Assembly (NCBI GenBank): GCA_010093815.1
Contig: ML996572.1
DNA: 64,000 nucleotides
Origin: Pseudovirgaria hyperparasitica
Taxonomy: Eukaryota
Reading direction: 5' to 3' (one strand)
Shown here one piece after another: positions 1 through 12,241 of this stretch. The notes under the pieces were generated by a model. The model ran no database searches, was not told where the DNA came from, and saw only the letters and a program-made list of their open reading frames with translations. Position 1 is the first letter of the stretch, and each line of letters opens with the position of its first letter. The position numbers and the translations under genes were made by a program.

Positions 1-2355
1 ATAGGTTTCGTGAACTATTATCGTAAATTCATTATAGGTTTCTTACGAATTACGGCGCCGCTTAATAAACTCATAGAGAATGGCGGTAAAATCCCCATAG
101 GTGGGCGAGCATAGTACAAAGCTAAGTCGGTCGAGATATAGTTGACGCCGGAAGCGTGAGATACGTTCCGATCGTTAAAGAATTGCTTTATAACTACGCC
201 GATTCTTAGGCATTTCGATCTCGAGAAGCATATTTAGGTCGAAACAGACGTATCTAGATTCGTAATTACTAGAATCATTAGTTAACCGCATAAAGATGCG
301 AAAGACAAGGTGCAATAGCACCCGGTCGCCTTCTTTTCCCGTAAAATGGCGGATATAGAGACGCGTTATAACACGCACGACCAGGAACTACTCGTAATTA
401 TTAAGAGTTTCAAGCAATGGCGACATTATTTAGAAGGCTCCATATATTAGATTGAATTATTATCGGATTACGTAAATCTACGTTACTTCATGTCGACTAA
501 GGTCCTTAATCGCCGACAAGTACGTTAGGCTAAGTAGATGTTAATATTTAACTTTAAAATCTTATATAAAGCTAGAAGAGAGAATAAAGTAGATCCTCTA
601 TTACGGCGTGAAGATTACGAGAAATCGTCGTAGAATGACGTAGATAGTTGGTGTAATTTAGACTATACTATACTATAGATACTAAAAGACTAGTTATCTA
701 ATAGAGTGCCGGAAGCCAGGACACTTTCGGCGACTCTCCGCGGGAATTAGAGCGGGCATTAAGTAATCTAAACTAATGTCTAAGAAATAGAGCAAATCCT
801 CGAAGACTTGATTAAATCTACCTAGAATTCTGATGTATTAGCAAAGAAAGTCATGAGTATAAAGGGAATGGCTATAGAACCGCCGTAGTTATTAAGGTGG
901 GAACGACGATCGGACGCGATCTACTTCTAAGGCCGACTCTACGTGCCGGAAGGCGGCTTACGAATCGATGTTTTAAGGGAACAGCACGATTACGCGTTAG
1001 TAGGGCACTTCGGCGTTATAAGGACGGTCGATTTAATCCGAAGGACGTACGACTAGCCGGGTCTTTATAAATATATAAAAGACTACGTAAAAACGTGTAA
1101 CGTTTACCAGCATACGAAAGTATATAGACACTTACTATATAGCGAATTAAGGCCATTACCTATGCTAAAGGAAGCATGGAAGGAATTATCGATGGATTTC
1201 ATTATAGATCTACCCCTAAGTAAGTATCTTAGGCATGTTTATAATAGTTTACTCGTAGTTTTAGATAGATTTACGAAGATATTATACTACATCCCTATAA
1301 GGAAGACGATCCAAGCACCGGATCTTATAGATATACTACTTCGTGACGTAGTTCGGCTCTACGGTGCGCCGAACGGCATAGTTTCGGACAGAGGTCCGTA
1401 GATAACGTCTAAGTTTTAGAAGGATTTCTACTATACGCTAGGAATCAAGCGGAAACTTAGCACCGCGTTCCACCCATAAATAGATAGGTAGATAGAGCGG
1501 TAGAATTAGATAGTTAAGGCGTATTTACGCGCATATTATAACTATAAGCAAGATAACTAGGTAAGGTTAGTCTGTATCGCGGAATTCGCGTATAATAATA
1601 GCCGACATGCGTCGACCTACGTAAGTCCGTTCGAAGTAAACTTCGGTCGAAACCATAAAGCGTAGTTTATGGGAACTTAGTGTAAATCAGAGTAGCCTAA
1701 CGTTAAGGCGACGGAGATTACGATAGAACTATTCCAAACGCAAAGAAGCGTTATAAAGTTATTATAAGATACTATAGATTATAGTAAATCGCACTATGAT
1801 AAGGGCAGAAAGCCTATAATCTTTAATATTAGAGATAAAGTTTTACTAAATAGTAAAAATATTCGTAGTATCAGGCCGAAGAAGAAGCTTAACTATATGA
1901 TAATAGGTCCATTTAAGGTTACTCGTGTAATTAATGACTAGGTATATGAGTTGAAACTCCCTCCCACGTTAAAGATACATAATATGTTCCATATTATGCT
2001 TCTCGAGCTATTCCATGCCTTATCGTTACCGGATCGTTCTAAATAGACGTTATATAAAGTAGTTATATAAGGAGGTGCGGATATCTACGAAGTTAAGTAG
2101 ATACTAGGCCAATAACGTGCCGAAGATGGCACGTGGCTATATAAAATTCGTTGGAAAGGGTATAATCCTAACGAAGATACTTGGGAACCCGTAATATACA
2201 TTAGCAAAGCAGCGATGTTAGCGTATAAGTAGCGATTAGCAAAGGAAGCCGCGGAATCGTAGAGAATTATACTAAAGTACGGCGATTCAACGTTTTTTAG
2301 TATAGTTCGGCGCCGAGGACGGCCGCCTAAAAGGAAGAAGATAAAAGAGACATAG
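1..2355 (+). pseudogene. pol of A1 (RT end, RNase H, integrase, chromodomain, C-terminal RRRGRPPKRKK), inactivated by RIP
   Basis: One reading frame interrupted by RIP-type stops. Chromodomain at about 2080-2200; AT-hook-like motif at 2308-2340. Confidence 0.9.
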
Positions 2356-2710
2356 ATCTTTAAAACATTCCAAGGAATTAAGAAACTTCCTTAGAAAGTT
2401 CGAACTTAGAACTTTAAAAAATTAACTAAAAAAGAGACTTAGAAAAATGATTTACTAAGAGAAATGGACATCGAAAATCGGTGCCGATCGGTATAGATCG
2501 GTATAGATTACTAAAGAGATTAAAGAAGTTATTATCAAAGAAAGATGAAATTAAGGAAGCTGAAAGAAAATACGAAGATCTATATAGATCTATATAAACT
2601 CGCACTAATCTATCTAGAAGAAGCAAGATCGCTTTAAAATTAAAACTGAAAAAACCAAAACGCTAGATAAAAGAGACATATTAGTACTAATTGGTGTAGA
2701 TCCAAACCGA

Positions 2711-3605
2711 TTAAGTCGGAGTAGGAGTAGAAGTACTAATTACCGCGATAGTTACATCTAATTCCTTCCGCTGGTTCTTATTTAGTATAGTGTAGAGCTT
2801 TATGATATAAGTCTCTAGCCTTTCGTTCCGACGCTATAAATTCTATATAGCGCGCCTTATAGCTATGAACTCCTCTATAGAAACCTACGGAGCGGCGGAA
2901 CCCGGGACGGAGAGGGACAGACCGGCACGGGCACGCTAAGAATTATATAAATCAGCGAAAAGATTCAACGATCGGTATAGAACCACATACCGTTGGTATA
3001 GAAACTTCTAGATTAGAGCCATCTTCCCTAAATTTACGGCTCTTTAGCACGCGCGAGGAAGGAACCTTAGCCTTTTTACTAGAACCTTTTCTAGGAATTT
3101 TAATATCGCCGGTATATAGAAAGAAGTCCGAAGTAGTAGAGATTTTAGCACTATTATAGAGATTAATACATATTAGTAAGAATCTATAACAATTTAAGAA
3201 AAACGATATTACCTAGTAATCGCGGTAATAATAGCTATAGTAGATTCTAATAAACCCTTACGGATCTTATTAGAATCGTACTCCTAGGCGTAACCCTTAC
3301 CTTAGGTATATAGCTCGTAGAAAGCCTTCTCTAAGGCGTTACGATCGGTAGTACCACGCTCCTTATTAGTAGGGGTTACTAGAGGCCTAGTAGTAATCTA
3401 TACCGATATAAGTAAATCTACGTAAAGTTCTTCGAACTTACTTAAATACCTATAAGTAATGACGCTTCTTAGTTATATAAGTGCCGTATATTATAGATTT
3501 AGTACCGCCGTAAGTAATGTATGACGGAAAGCGACAACCATAATAATATATAGCTAGATTATTAGAGCCCGGCCTAGGTCGGGGTAGATTAATAGCTTTC
3601 GACAT
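2711..3605 (-). pseudogene. Spliced antisense accessory gene of element A1 (Cys6 zinc-cluster-like motif, basic region, coiled coil); start may lie further upstream
   Basis: Minus-strand introns at 3449-3398, 3212-3151 (GTAATA..ACTAAT..TAG) and 2990-2936 (GTATGT..GCTGAT..TAG). Splicing gives one frame whose only stops are RIP-type TAG/TAA. Motif Y-G-T-Y-x6-Y-L-* reads C-x2-C-x6-C-L-Q after de-RIP (inferred). Confidence 0.7.
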
Positions 3606-4176
3606 ATCGGTAATATATGCGAGATAGGGATTATTTAAAGGCGCCTATTTCCGCGCCGATTACTTTAGAGCGTCAAGATTTCGGGAAACTATATTATGAT
3701 TATTATTGATTTATGCGGATTATTGCGAATTATGTTATTACTAGCTAAGGACGGCATGAAAATTAGTAAATTGCGTAAATCGCACTAAATAGTAGTAAAT
3801 CTATATAAATCTATGTCTATAAGGATCGGGTGATATACCTAATGATCTAAAAAACTCTATAAAGAGTTGAGAAGTTTTTTAAAGAAAGGAATATTTCTAA
3901 GAAAAGATTTTGATATAGGTAGCACCTAGGCTTACCTAATCACATCACGTGATACGCTAGGCCTAATTAGGTAATCTTACCTATGTAAGAAGTTAAGATA
4001 GATAAAATCTAGTTTATTAGGAAAACGCTTGTATAAATCTTAGATCGGTGAATATCGGTAAGTATCTAAGACGAAGCGTAGAGAACGACTAAGGTCTTAC
4101 GAGACTTAGGATAGGGATATAGGGATAGGTAACGATCTAGGTCGCTAAGGGTAGCTTCCTAGAGGGAAGGGATAAT

Positions 4177-4404
4177 TATTAGGACTTAGCCTTAGGTAGG
4201 ACTCGATCTATATATACCTTAGCTAATAGGGTTAGGAGGTGACGTGAAGGGCGGTAAATAGTTACGTGCTAGATAGATCGGCGTCCCTTTATATATATAC
4301 TCTCGGATTCCTACCGAAAGGGTTCGGTAGTAATTCGTTCTATGATAGAATATACCCCATTGTTCCATCTAGCTATACTACTATCCAATAATCCTATTCT
4401 TACA
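4177..4404 (+). repeat. 3' LTR of A1 (228 bp)
   Basis: Follows the PPT, starts TATTAGG (RIP of TGT..), ends CTTACA, has a TATA box at about 4289-4299, and matches 19443-19670 at the same length. Confidence 0.92.
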
Positions 4405-4433
4405 AATATACCCTATTATTCTATCTAACTATA
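4405..4433 (+). repeat. Internal fragment of the 5' LTR of A2, stranded between the A1 and B insertions
   Basis: AATATACCCTATTATTCTATCTAACTATA matches the family A LTR (4349-4377). The LTR sequence resumes at 12480-12511. Confidence 0.85.
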
Positions 4434-4671
4434 TGTAAAGAGTGAAGACGTAGGATAGTAGTCTAACAGTTTATAGAGAGACATAGGAATGTATTTATAG
4501 GGTAGTCTCACTCTTATACGAGGTTGATTCCTAACGAGTAGGAGTCGGTTTATACGGTCTACTTATATAGTGACCTCGCTTAACTTAGCTAACTCGACCT
4601 AGCTCTGGCCACTACGTGGCTGCATGGATTAGAATAGTCCATATAGGTCCGTTATGGTTCCCGTCCTAATA
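4434..4671 (-). repeat. 3' LTR of element B
   Basis: Direct repeat of 12242-12479, adjacent to the minus-strand PPT AAAAAGAAGAAGGA. Confidence 0.93.
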
Positions 4672-5150
4672 ATATCCTTCTTCTTTTTATGCTTCGCCCT
4701 AAAGTACTTAAGTATATATAATCCTAAGTCTCTATAATCCATCGTGTATCTATATATCCGTGACTAAGTTTCTATGACGTCATAACCATCCTTAATATAG
4801 GTAAACTCGAGATTCTAGTTCACTTTTACTAGTTTATGTACGCGCTTATCCCTTACTTTGTGGCTACTACCTAGGACACGTGATTACCACTCTGGTCGAG
4901 CATATATTTAGCTTCGCTCGCCTTTGATTTTATTCTCTAGTATATCCACCTCGCTCTCAAGGTAAGTCGTTAATTCATATACTATCTTCCCTAGTTCAGG
5001 TTTAGAAGGGTCTATTATGGTCCATTCTTATTAGAACCGGTCCTATATGACCCATTCGCGTTATTACGGTCACTGATTTAGCTTTATTAATTACCGTTAA
5101 GGGTGGACGAATATTCCTTCCTTAGATCTTTAGCTAACATGTATATATAG

Positions 5151-6466
5151 ATGTCTAATACTAGTCCTATCTCTAAGCCTACCTCCTCCTCTCGTAAGAC
5201 TCGCTCTAAAGGCATCGCCTCCTCCCCGGCCACGCCGGCTAAGAAGTCTACCCATCGCGGTAGTATAAAGGCGCGCTCCAAGTCGGAGAAGAGAGTAGCT
5301 AGGGCTGCTACTACTACTTCTACCTCTACCACTAATGTAGCCACTAGTCGCTCTAATCCAGGTGATCCTAGTACTGAATTTATGGATAAAGCGGTCGTAA
5401 GTTCTCCCCTCGCTCTAACGCGTACGCCGCCTACTCTACCTCCTCTAGAGGATGAAGAAGATCTCGTTATAGATAATGATCGCGAGCCCTCGCGCTCACC
5501 CACGCCGCCGCCTCGCCGCTCTTTCTTCCGGTCTAACATAGACCGATTTAGTCGCTCTAGGTCCTTTTAGAACCTTAACATCCGCTCTAAACCCCAGCCT
5601 ACTAATAATAAGGCCTAGGTCGCTGAGGATACTAAACGTGGTCGCGGTTTACGCTATAGGAAAACGGCGAACTACGGTTTAATATACTATAAGTGTATTA
5701 AGGGCCATGCGGCCGGCTCTAAATATCTCTTTCGCTCTAACTCTAGCATTAGCTACTGCTCTACTAACCGCGACGGGCCTATACGCCCTATCTTTACTCT
5801 GCCTACCCGCTGCCGCCGCTATGCCGTAACTAGTAAGACTTGTCTATAGGTAAGTATAATAGGCTATCTTGGTCTAGTGTAATCTAAAGTTATCCGCGCT
5901 GATACATTCTTAGGTTCCTATGCGTATATAAGATATATATAATGACCTTCGCGTCCGCGAGACCCTCGGGGGTCCTTATAGCTATCTACCTACTATATAG
6001 AGGGAGTTTAGGGAGCGCTATAAGCTCTTTCTAGAGGTTATTAAAGTATAAGTTGCGAACACGTTAATTATTTTTAATACCTATTAATATTTCTAGCCGC
6101 CGCGAGATCCCTAGCGCCTAGGCTACCCATTCTAGGGAGTCTATTCTAGCCATAGAGGCCGTAGAGAGGATTCGCTCTATCCCCCCCTATCCGTCTCGCG
6201 CTACTAACGGATCTCGTAAGAGGTCTACTATTTCTCCCTCTAAGTCGCCTCGTAAGAGGGTATATATTCCCTTCTAGATTATTCTAGATCGTATTAGCTA
6301 ACTTTAGACCCAGTCGCTGCGCTCCGGTGCTTAAGGCTCTTCCCTCTAGGCTCTAACGGATCGAGTTATTACTCTAGAGGCTAAGGTCGTCGTCCTCCGC
6401 CGCTATATCGTGCGGTTAAAGAGAACTATACTAGAGGTTAGAACGGATGATGAGATGGAGGAGTAG
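5151..6466 (+). pseudogene. Spliced antisense accessory gene of element B (S/T/K/R-rich N-terminus, Cys6 zinc-cluster-like motif, NLS-like RKRS..SPRKR, C-terminal coiled coil)
   Basis: 5'-UTR intron 4962-5150 (GTAAGT..GCTAAC..TAG) ends directly before the ATG. Coding introns at 5850-5913 (GTAAGT..GCTGAT..TAG), 6048-6096 (donor RIP-mutated to ATAAGT) and 6260-6307/6313 (GTATAT..GCTAAC). The spliced frame is continuous except for RIP-type stops and contains YYKC..C..CRRYAVTSKTCL*|VP. Confidence 0.8.
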
Positions 6467-6960
6467 CTCTATGGTTCTGGCTCTATGGGTTTGGCTCTGT
6501 ATATTAGCTCTATGTATTCTAGATCTACTATAGGTGGTGCGCGCCGACTCTATTTACCTGGCTTTTATCCGTTTTAGTCCTTTTTAGACCGTTTAGATAC
6601 CCGTCGGCCAGTTCCTAGTAATTTAATTCTTAACTTAACGATATTATATGTGCGCTCGCTTAGCTTATAACTATCGGTTTCTACATTCTAATTTTCCTTG
6701 AGTTACCTAAGTGTGGGCACCGCATATTAATTGGTTTATCTCTATGAATTCTATTAGAGCACCCGAACTAGTAGCCTAGTAGTTATTAGTTCGGGTACTC
6801 TAACCTTTTGTATTTCGTGTTAAGAGTTTAATTCTATGGTGGGGTACCTTTTTAGGTTCTTGGTCCTATATTTTTCTCGTGTGCAATAGTCCATGTTGGT
6901 CCATTCTAGACTCTTCTATGTTGTTCTATTATGGTGTATCGCGTCGCGTTCCTGAAATGG

Positions 6961-9900
6961 TTATTTACGCTTTCTTCGCGTCTGGTAACCGTGCGACGCT
7001 TGAATTATAGGGCTGCCATATAGAGTTTTCCTAGTGCGCGTCTAGATTTCCTAGTTTGGCACTTCGTTCTCTACGGTATCCTTCTTCTTTTTACAACGAC
7101 CGCGACGTCGCTATACTTACATTAATAATACGCTATTCTATACCTTTTGCTTATACGCAGCCATTACCGAACTTAAGATATATACTACTGGTTCCTAGGT
7201 GTCCTCGTCCTCGGTGTAGTCCTTCTAACGGATTCTGTATTTCTAAATACCGTCTTCATCGATTCTATGTTCGATAATATGGTCCACTTCGAACACGTCT
7301 AGTCTATCTTAGGGTATAATAGAGTATAACTACACGTTCGTGCGGCTATACACGTTAGGTCGAAATCTTTCGAGTAGTAAGACGTGGAACACGTTATGGA
7401 TTCTTATATCGCTTCCTAAGTCGAGCTCGTAGGCTCTTATACCGATATAACGTTTGATTCGGAAGGGACCAGCCATTTTATAATCGAGCTTCTTATTTAC
7501 TCGCGACGTTCGTATATTACGGACGTTAAGAAGGACCTCGTCGCCCTCCTCGTACGTCTAATCCTTAGCTAACCTATTATAGTACTTCGTATACGAGTCG
7601 TTTACTTATTAGATTATAGCGCGATAGTTACGTGCGGTTTCGAAGATTTTAATCGCTAATTCCTAAGCGTGGACGTTCACGTCTATTATTCGATTAAATT
7701 AGACCGTCTAAGGCTTAAAACCTATCCTTGGACTGCGTTCGAGGTTCGCCTAGAAAGGTATAATACCTATCGTGCTATAACGACTATTATTATATACGAA
7801 CTCTACTATACTTAGTAGAGAGGCCTAGTCGTCCTACTCGAAATTATAGAATACGCGTAGGTAGGCCTCGAGCGTCTAGTTCTATCGCTCTATCTAGCCA
7901 TCCGTCTAAGGATAAAATACTATAAACATGTTTCTATTCATGCTTACCATTTCGTAGAATAACGTCTAGAATTTAGACGTGAAGGTACTTCCTCGGTCCA
8001 TAACGATCCTTTTTAGTATACTATGGACCTTAATAATCTCGTTCTAGAACACCTGCGCTAGTTCTTTAGATGTAATCGTCTTCTACACCGGGATGTACCT
8101 AGACATCTTTATAAGTCTATCCACGATAACAAGAATAGAATTATAACTCATCCTAAGCATCTCGCTTAGAGATAAGTTAACTATAAAGTCTATAGTAACG
8201 TCTTCCTACATAAAGAGGGGGACTAAAAGAGGCTATAAATTTCTATATGGCTTATGCCTAGGGGCCTTCGTTCTTTAATAAATCGGATAAGTAGCTATCT
8301 ATTCTTCGACGTACTTAGGTATATCTTCCTAAAAATAGTACTAATGAATTAAGCTTAGGGTACGTATATACCTAAAGTATCCTACTAGGTTAGCGTTATA
8401 GTATTGGCTAACTACATTAAATCGCGCGTTACCCGTCGGCATATAGCACTTTCTATTATAGTAAAGTAAGCCGTCCACGAAGGTCTACTTATAGTCTACT
8501 TTAGTCTATAATAACCTATCTTACTATATTTTATATAACTTTAAAACTATCGGGTCTATCTTCTATAGATCCACGATTAACTAGGCGAGGTTAATTAGAT
8601 ATTCACGCCGGGTATTGTCGCCCTTCCTAACAGCGCCAATAAACGGCCTACTAGGGACTTCGGTACCGCGTCTTTGGTCACCGGCTTCGGTCTTAGAGAT
8701 TTAATCACCGGTATCGACGTTAGTATCTCGCTAATCGCCTAATAACTTAAAATCCAACCTCGTCCTTAAGAGTTAGGCCTATAGCTACTCTAGGACCCTA
8801 TAGCTACTATGATCCTAGGCGCCTTCTTCATAGTTAGGTCTTCTTAATATCCTATTAGCTAGGTTTATACTTCTAGGTCGATGGTAGATTATAAAGTGAA
8901 AGTTCGTAAGCTACTTAGCCTATCGAACCTATCGACGGTTTAAAACCGTCGTGCTTATAAACCCCTTTAAGTTATAGTAATTAGTTAGTAACTCGACGTT
9001 ATGTATAGCACCTTTAAGATAATATCGCCACTATTTAAACGACTCTACTATTACTAGTAGCTCTTGGTCATGGATAGTGTATCTAGTCTTAACATCGACT
9101 ATTTTACGCGAGAAGAACGTAACTAGATGCCATTAGACCTTTTTAGACTTAGTTGGTCTAGGCTAGGAGAGAATGCCTAAGATTATAAATCCTAACGCGT
9201 CGGTTTCGACGCGGATAGGTTTGGTCGGGTCGAAGTACACTAGTAATAGAGCAGTTATAAATGCCTCTTTAATTTTCTCGAAGGAGGCCCTTTCGCCTTC
9301 CGATAATTCTATAGGCTACGATTTAATATTACGCTGTTTCTATCTACCGCGGACCGTAATAGACGAATCTATGGTAGTAGTGCGCGTGTTAAGCGGTGCT
9401 ACTAGCCGGGAGAAGTACTTAACGAATTTTCGGTAGTAATTGGCGAATCTAATGAAGACACGTATATCTCGAACCGATTTTAGTTTAGGCTAGTCCACGA
9501 TAGTAGCGACCCTGTCCCTTTCTATGGTTACACCTTAATTAGTAATAACGAAGCTAAGGAAGTTAACGTGGTCCTAGTGGAACTTATATTTAGATAGCTT
9601 AATATATAGCTTATGTTTTTCTAGCCTATCTAGGACTACGCGTACGTGCTAGATATATTCTTCTTCGTTATCCGAGAAGATAAGGATATTATTAAGGTAT
9701 ACGATGCACGTCGTGTTAAGTAGGCCTACTAGCGCGTTATTAATGTACGCTTAGAAGGTCCCTAGCACGTTAGTTAGTCTAAAAGGGACCACTATGTACT
9801 TAAAGTGTCTATAACGGGTCCTGAACGCCGTTTTCCACTTATCGCCCTTCTTAATACGTAGGCGGTGGTAGGCGTCGCGTAGATCGAGCTTGGTAAAGAT

Positions 9901-12182
9901 CTTCATGCGCCCTAGTCTATTAATAGACTCGGAGATAAGAGGTAGTGGGTAACGATTCTTTCGTATGATATTATTTAGGCTACGGTAGTCGATACATAGA
10001 CGGAGACTCCCATCCTTCTTCTTTATAAAGAGGATTAGGGCTCCGGCTAGGGATATACTAGGCCTAATCTATTCTCGCGTAAGGTTCTTTTCGATATATT
10101 CTCGGAGGACCTATAGCTTAGGTTCTAATAGAGGGTAGATGGGTCCGTGTAGAGGTTATTAACCGTCCTCGAGGTCAATAGTAAGATTAGTAGGTTGGTA
10201 TTAAGGTAATTCGGACGAGTCAATCGCTAACGCGACATATTAGTACATTTTATACTAATATGGTAGGTTTTCGTCTACTCTAATACTAAGCTCTCTATTT
10301 TAAGTGAGTGAGAGGACGTAGATAGTAGAGATTGCCTTTTCGTAGTCCTTCTAGAATTATTCGTCGTCGACTAGCTATACTAGGTTCCATTATAGTAGGT
10401 ACATGCGCCAGCTAGCTGTTTTCTAGATAAAGTCTAGTTTCGGGTTATGTTTTTCGAGCCACGGCATACTAAGAATCATATCGAAGGGGCTATCTACCAC
10501 GATAAAGGTTAAGTAGCAGGGTTTCCACTTCCCCCCGCTGTCCTAGATACTATATTTAATAGTATAGGTACCCTACGATTTAATGGGACTATCGATACCA
10601 TGGAAGGTAGCATCTATTAGTACTTGAATATCGACGTTAAGTTCTCGTGCTCGTTAAGTCGATATAACGTTAGTGGCTAAACCGCTATCAAGTATTATAG
10701 TCCAATGTTATCCACGGGGGACCTCGATGGGCCTAGCCTATAGTTCGATATACTAGTTAGCTGGTTATCCCTCTATTTTAGTTACGCCTATGAGTCGCGA
10801 GGGTTTCTTGTAGGCAGTTAGTTTTTTATATTATATACCGGGTAGTTAGGCGCGATGTGTCCTAGCTGCTAGCACTTATAGTATGTAACTAACTTAGTAT
10901 CTATATTAGTATTCGGTGGTTTCCTAGAGCGGTACTCGGGTACTATATGGCCTATCCTACCATAAGTATAGTAGGTGACTTTAGGTCGTTTATACGAGTC
11001 GTTTCTCGCGTCTCGATATATCGACTAGTAGAAAGATCCGCGGTACGGGTCTCGTCTTCTCGAGTTCGTAGAGTAGTAGCACCCACGAGGTGTTCCGCGC
11101 GATCTATTACTAAACCGGTTCTCTTTAGACGATTTCGCATTAGGTTAGATTAATAGGGATAGTCGTGCGCCTATACGACGTTAGTTATTCATTATGCGCC
11201 AATGTCGTTCTACGAGATTCGCGAGTGCCTAAAGGTTGGTAGGGATAGACGTTATAAGGTCGATACGTTCCTTTATACTTAGGTTAAGGGACCTTTTAAA
11301 GTCGTCGCATTATCGAACCATGCGATCTTCCTCGGCTTCTCTCTAGAGAGGTCGGAGGTATTTAAGGAGTTATAACGGGGATTATCTTTCTCGCTATTAA
11401 GTCTTAAAGATATAGCTCTAAGCCCATTCGCGTCGCTCGGCTCTGTCGCCAAAGCATTAAAGGAGGAATTCGGTGAACGTATCCTAGTTATACGCATCCT
11501 TAGGGTGTTCGATTCGATATACCATCTAACGTTTAGATAGCGTTAGGTCTAGGTAGTTCTATGCGAACCTAATCTTATTACTATCGTTCGTGAATAGGTG
11601 GAAGAATCGGCTATACTAGTAAGCCTATTCGTGAAAGCTCCTCCTGGTTTTACCGTCGAAGTAAGGTGGTTTCTTAGGCCGAGGCAACTAGAATAGTAAT
11701 GGACTTGGTTAGACTGTTTCGGCTTAAGTTAGTCTATATTAGTATAGGTTAGTTACTACTAGCACTAAAGCGCGTAGTGCGGCTTCGAGTCTAGCGGTTC
11801 GTCCTCGCGCTTTATCGAGTTCGCGAAGTTACTATTTAAGCTACGCCTAACGCTACCTTTCCGTGTATAGCCTAGTATACACGTTATCGTGAGGCGTGGT
11901 TAACGTTAGTCGGTTCTAACGAATTAGTTTATCAACGTTAATAGGGTCTGGTCTTATAGTAAGGATAGGTCTAGTATAGTGTGAACTGGACCGCGATGGA
12001 GTATAATAGACTCCTTCCTTATTATCTAGGTAGTCTTCCACGGTTACACGGAATACCGTACTAGTTATTAGTGCGATAGCTTATAGGGTATACTCATCGG
12101 TGGAGGTGGTCGTAGAGAGACTATTCTCCTCATTTAGGTTTAGGGAGAGTCTCTCGTAGGAGGTCGTGCCACGGGTATTATG
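6961..12182 (-). pseudogene. gag-pol of element B, inactivated by RIP (ends approximate)
   Basis: Gag zinc knuckle (Y)YKC*QLGHIAPN(Y) at about 10843-10885, slippery AAAAAAC then TAA at about 10818-10827, protease LDSG at about 10681-10692, [15 protein letters not shown] at about 9982-10020 and CIVYLNNILIFS at about 9673-9708, integrase F(Y)P*TDG*IER at about 7885-7917, chromodomain YRIR*KDYTEDEDT*EP at about 7188-7240. Confidence 0.92.
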
Positions 12183-12241
12183 GCGTATAGTAGGAGCTAT
12201 CTCTATAAGCTACCGTCGTGCTATATAGAGAGGAATTAAAA

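Larger units (their letters stand above)
1..4404 (+). mobile_element. Ty3/Gypsy chromovirus family A, copy A1 (3' part; 5' end lies outside the window), RIP-mutated
   Basis: Degenerate RT-thumb/RNase H ([23 protein letters not shown]), integrase (SMDFIIDLP, IVSDRGP, STAFHP) and chromodomain (YKIRWKGYNPNEDTWEP). Polypurine tract AGAGGGAAGGGA at 4161-4172 precedes an LTR. Colinear with 15263-19670. Many TAG/TAA stops where CAG/CAA/TGG are expected. Confidence 0.95.

Noticed and set aside
5087..5539. Minus-strand 150-aa ORF in element B
   Set aside because: It is the antisense shadow of the plus-strand gene at 5151, which has the splice-signal support.
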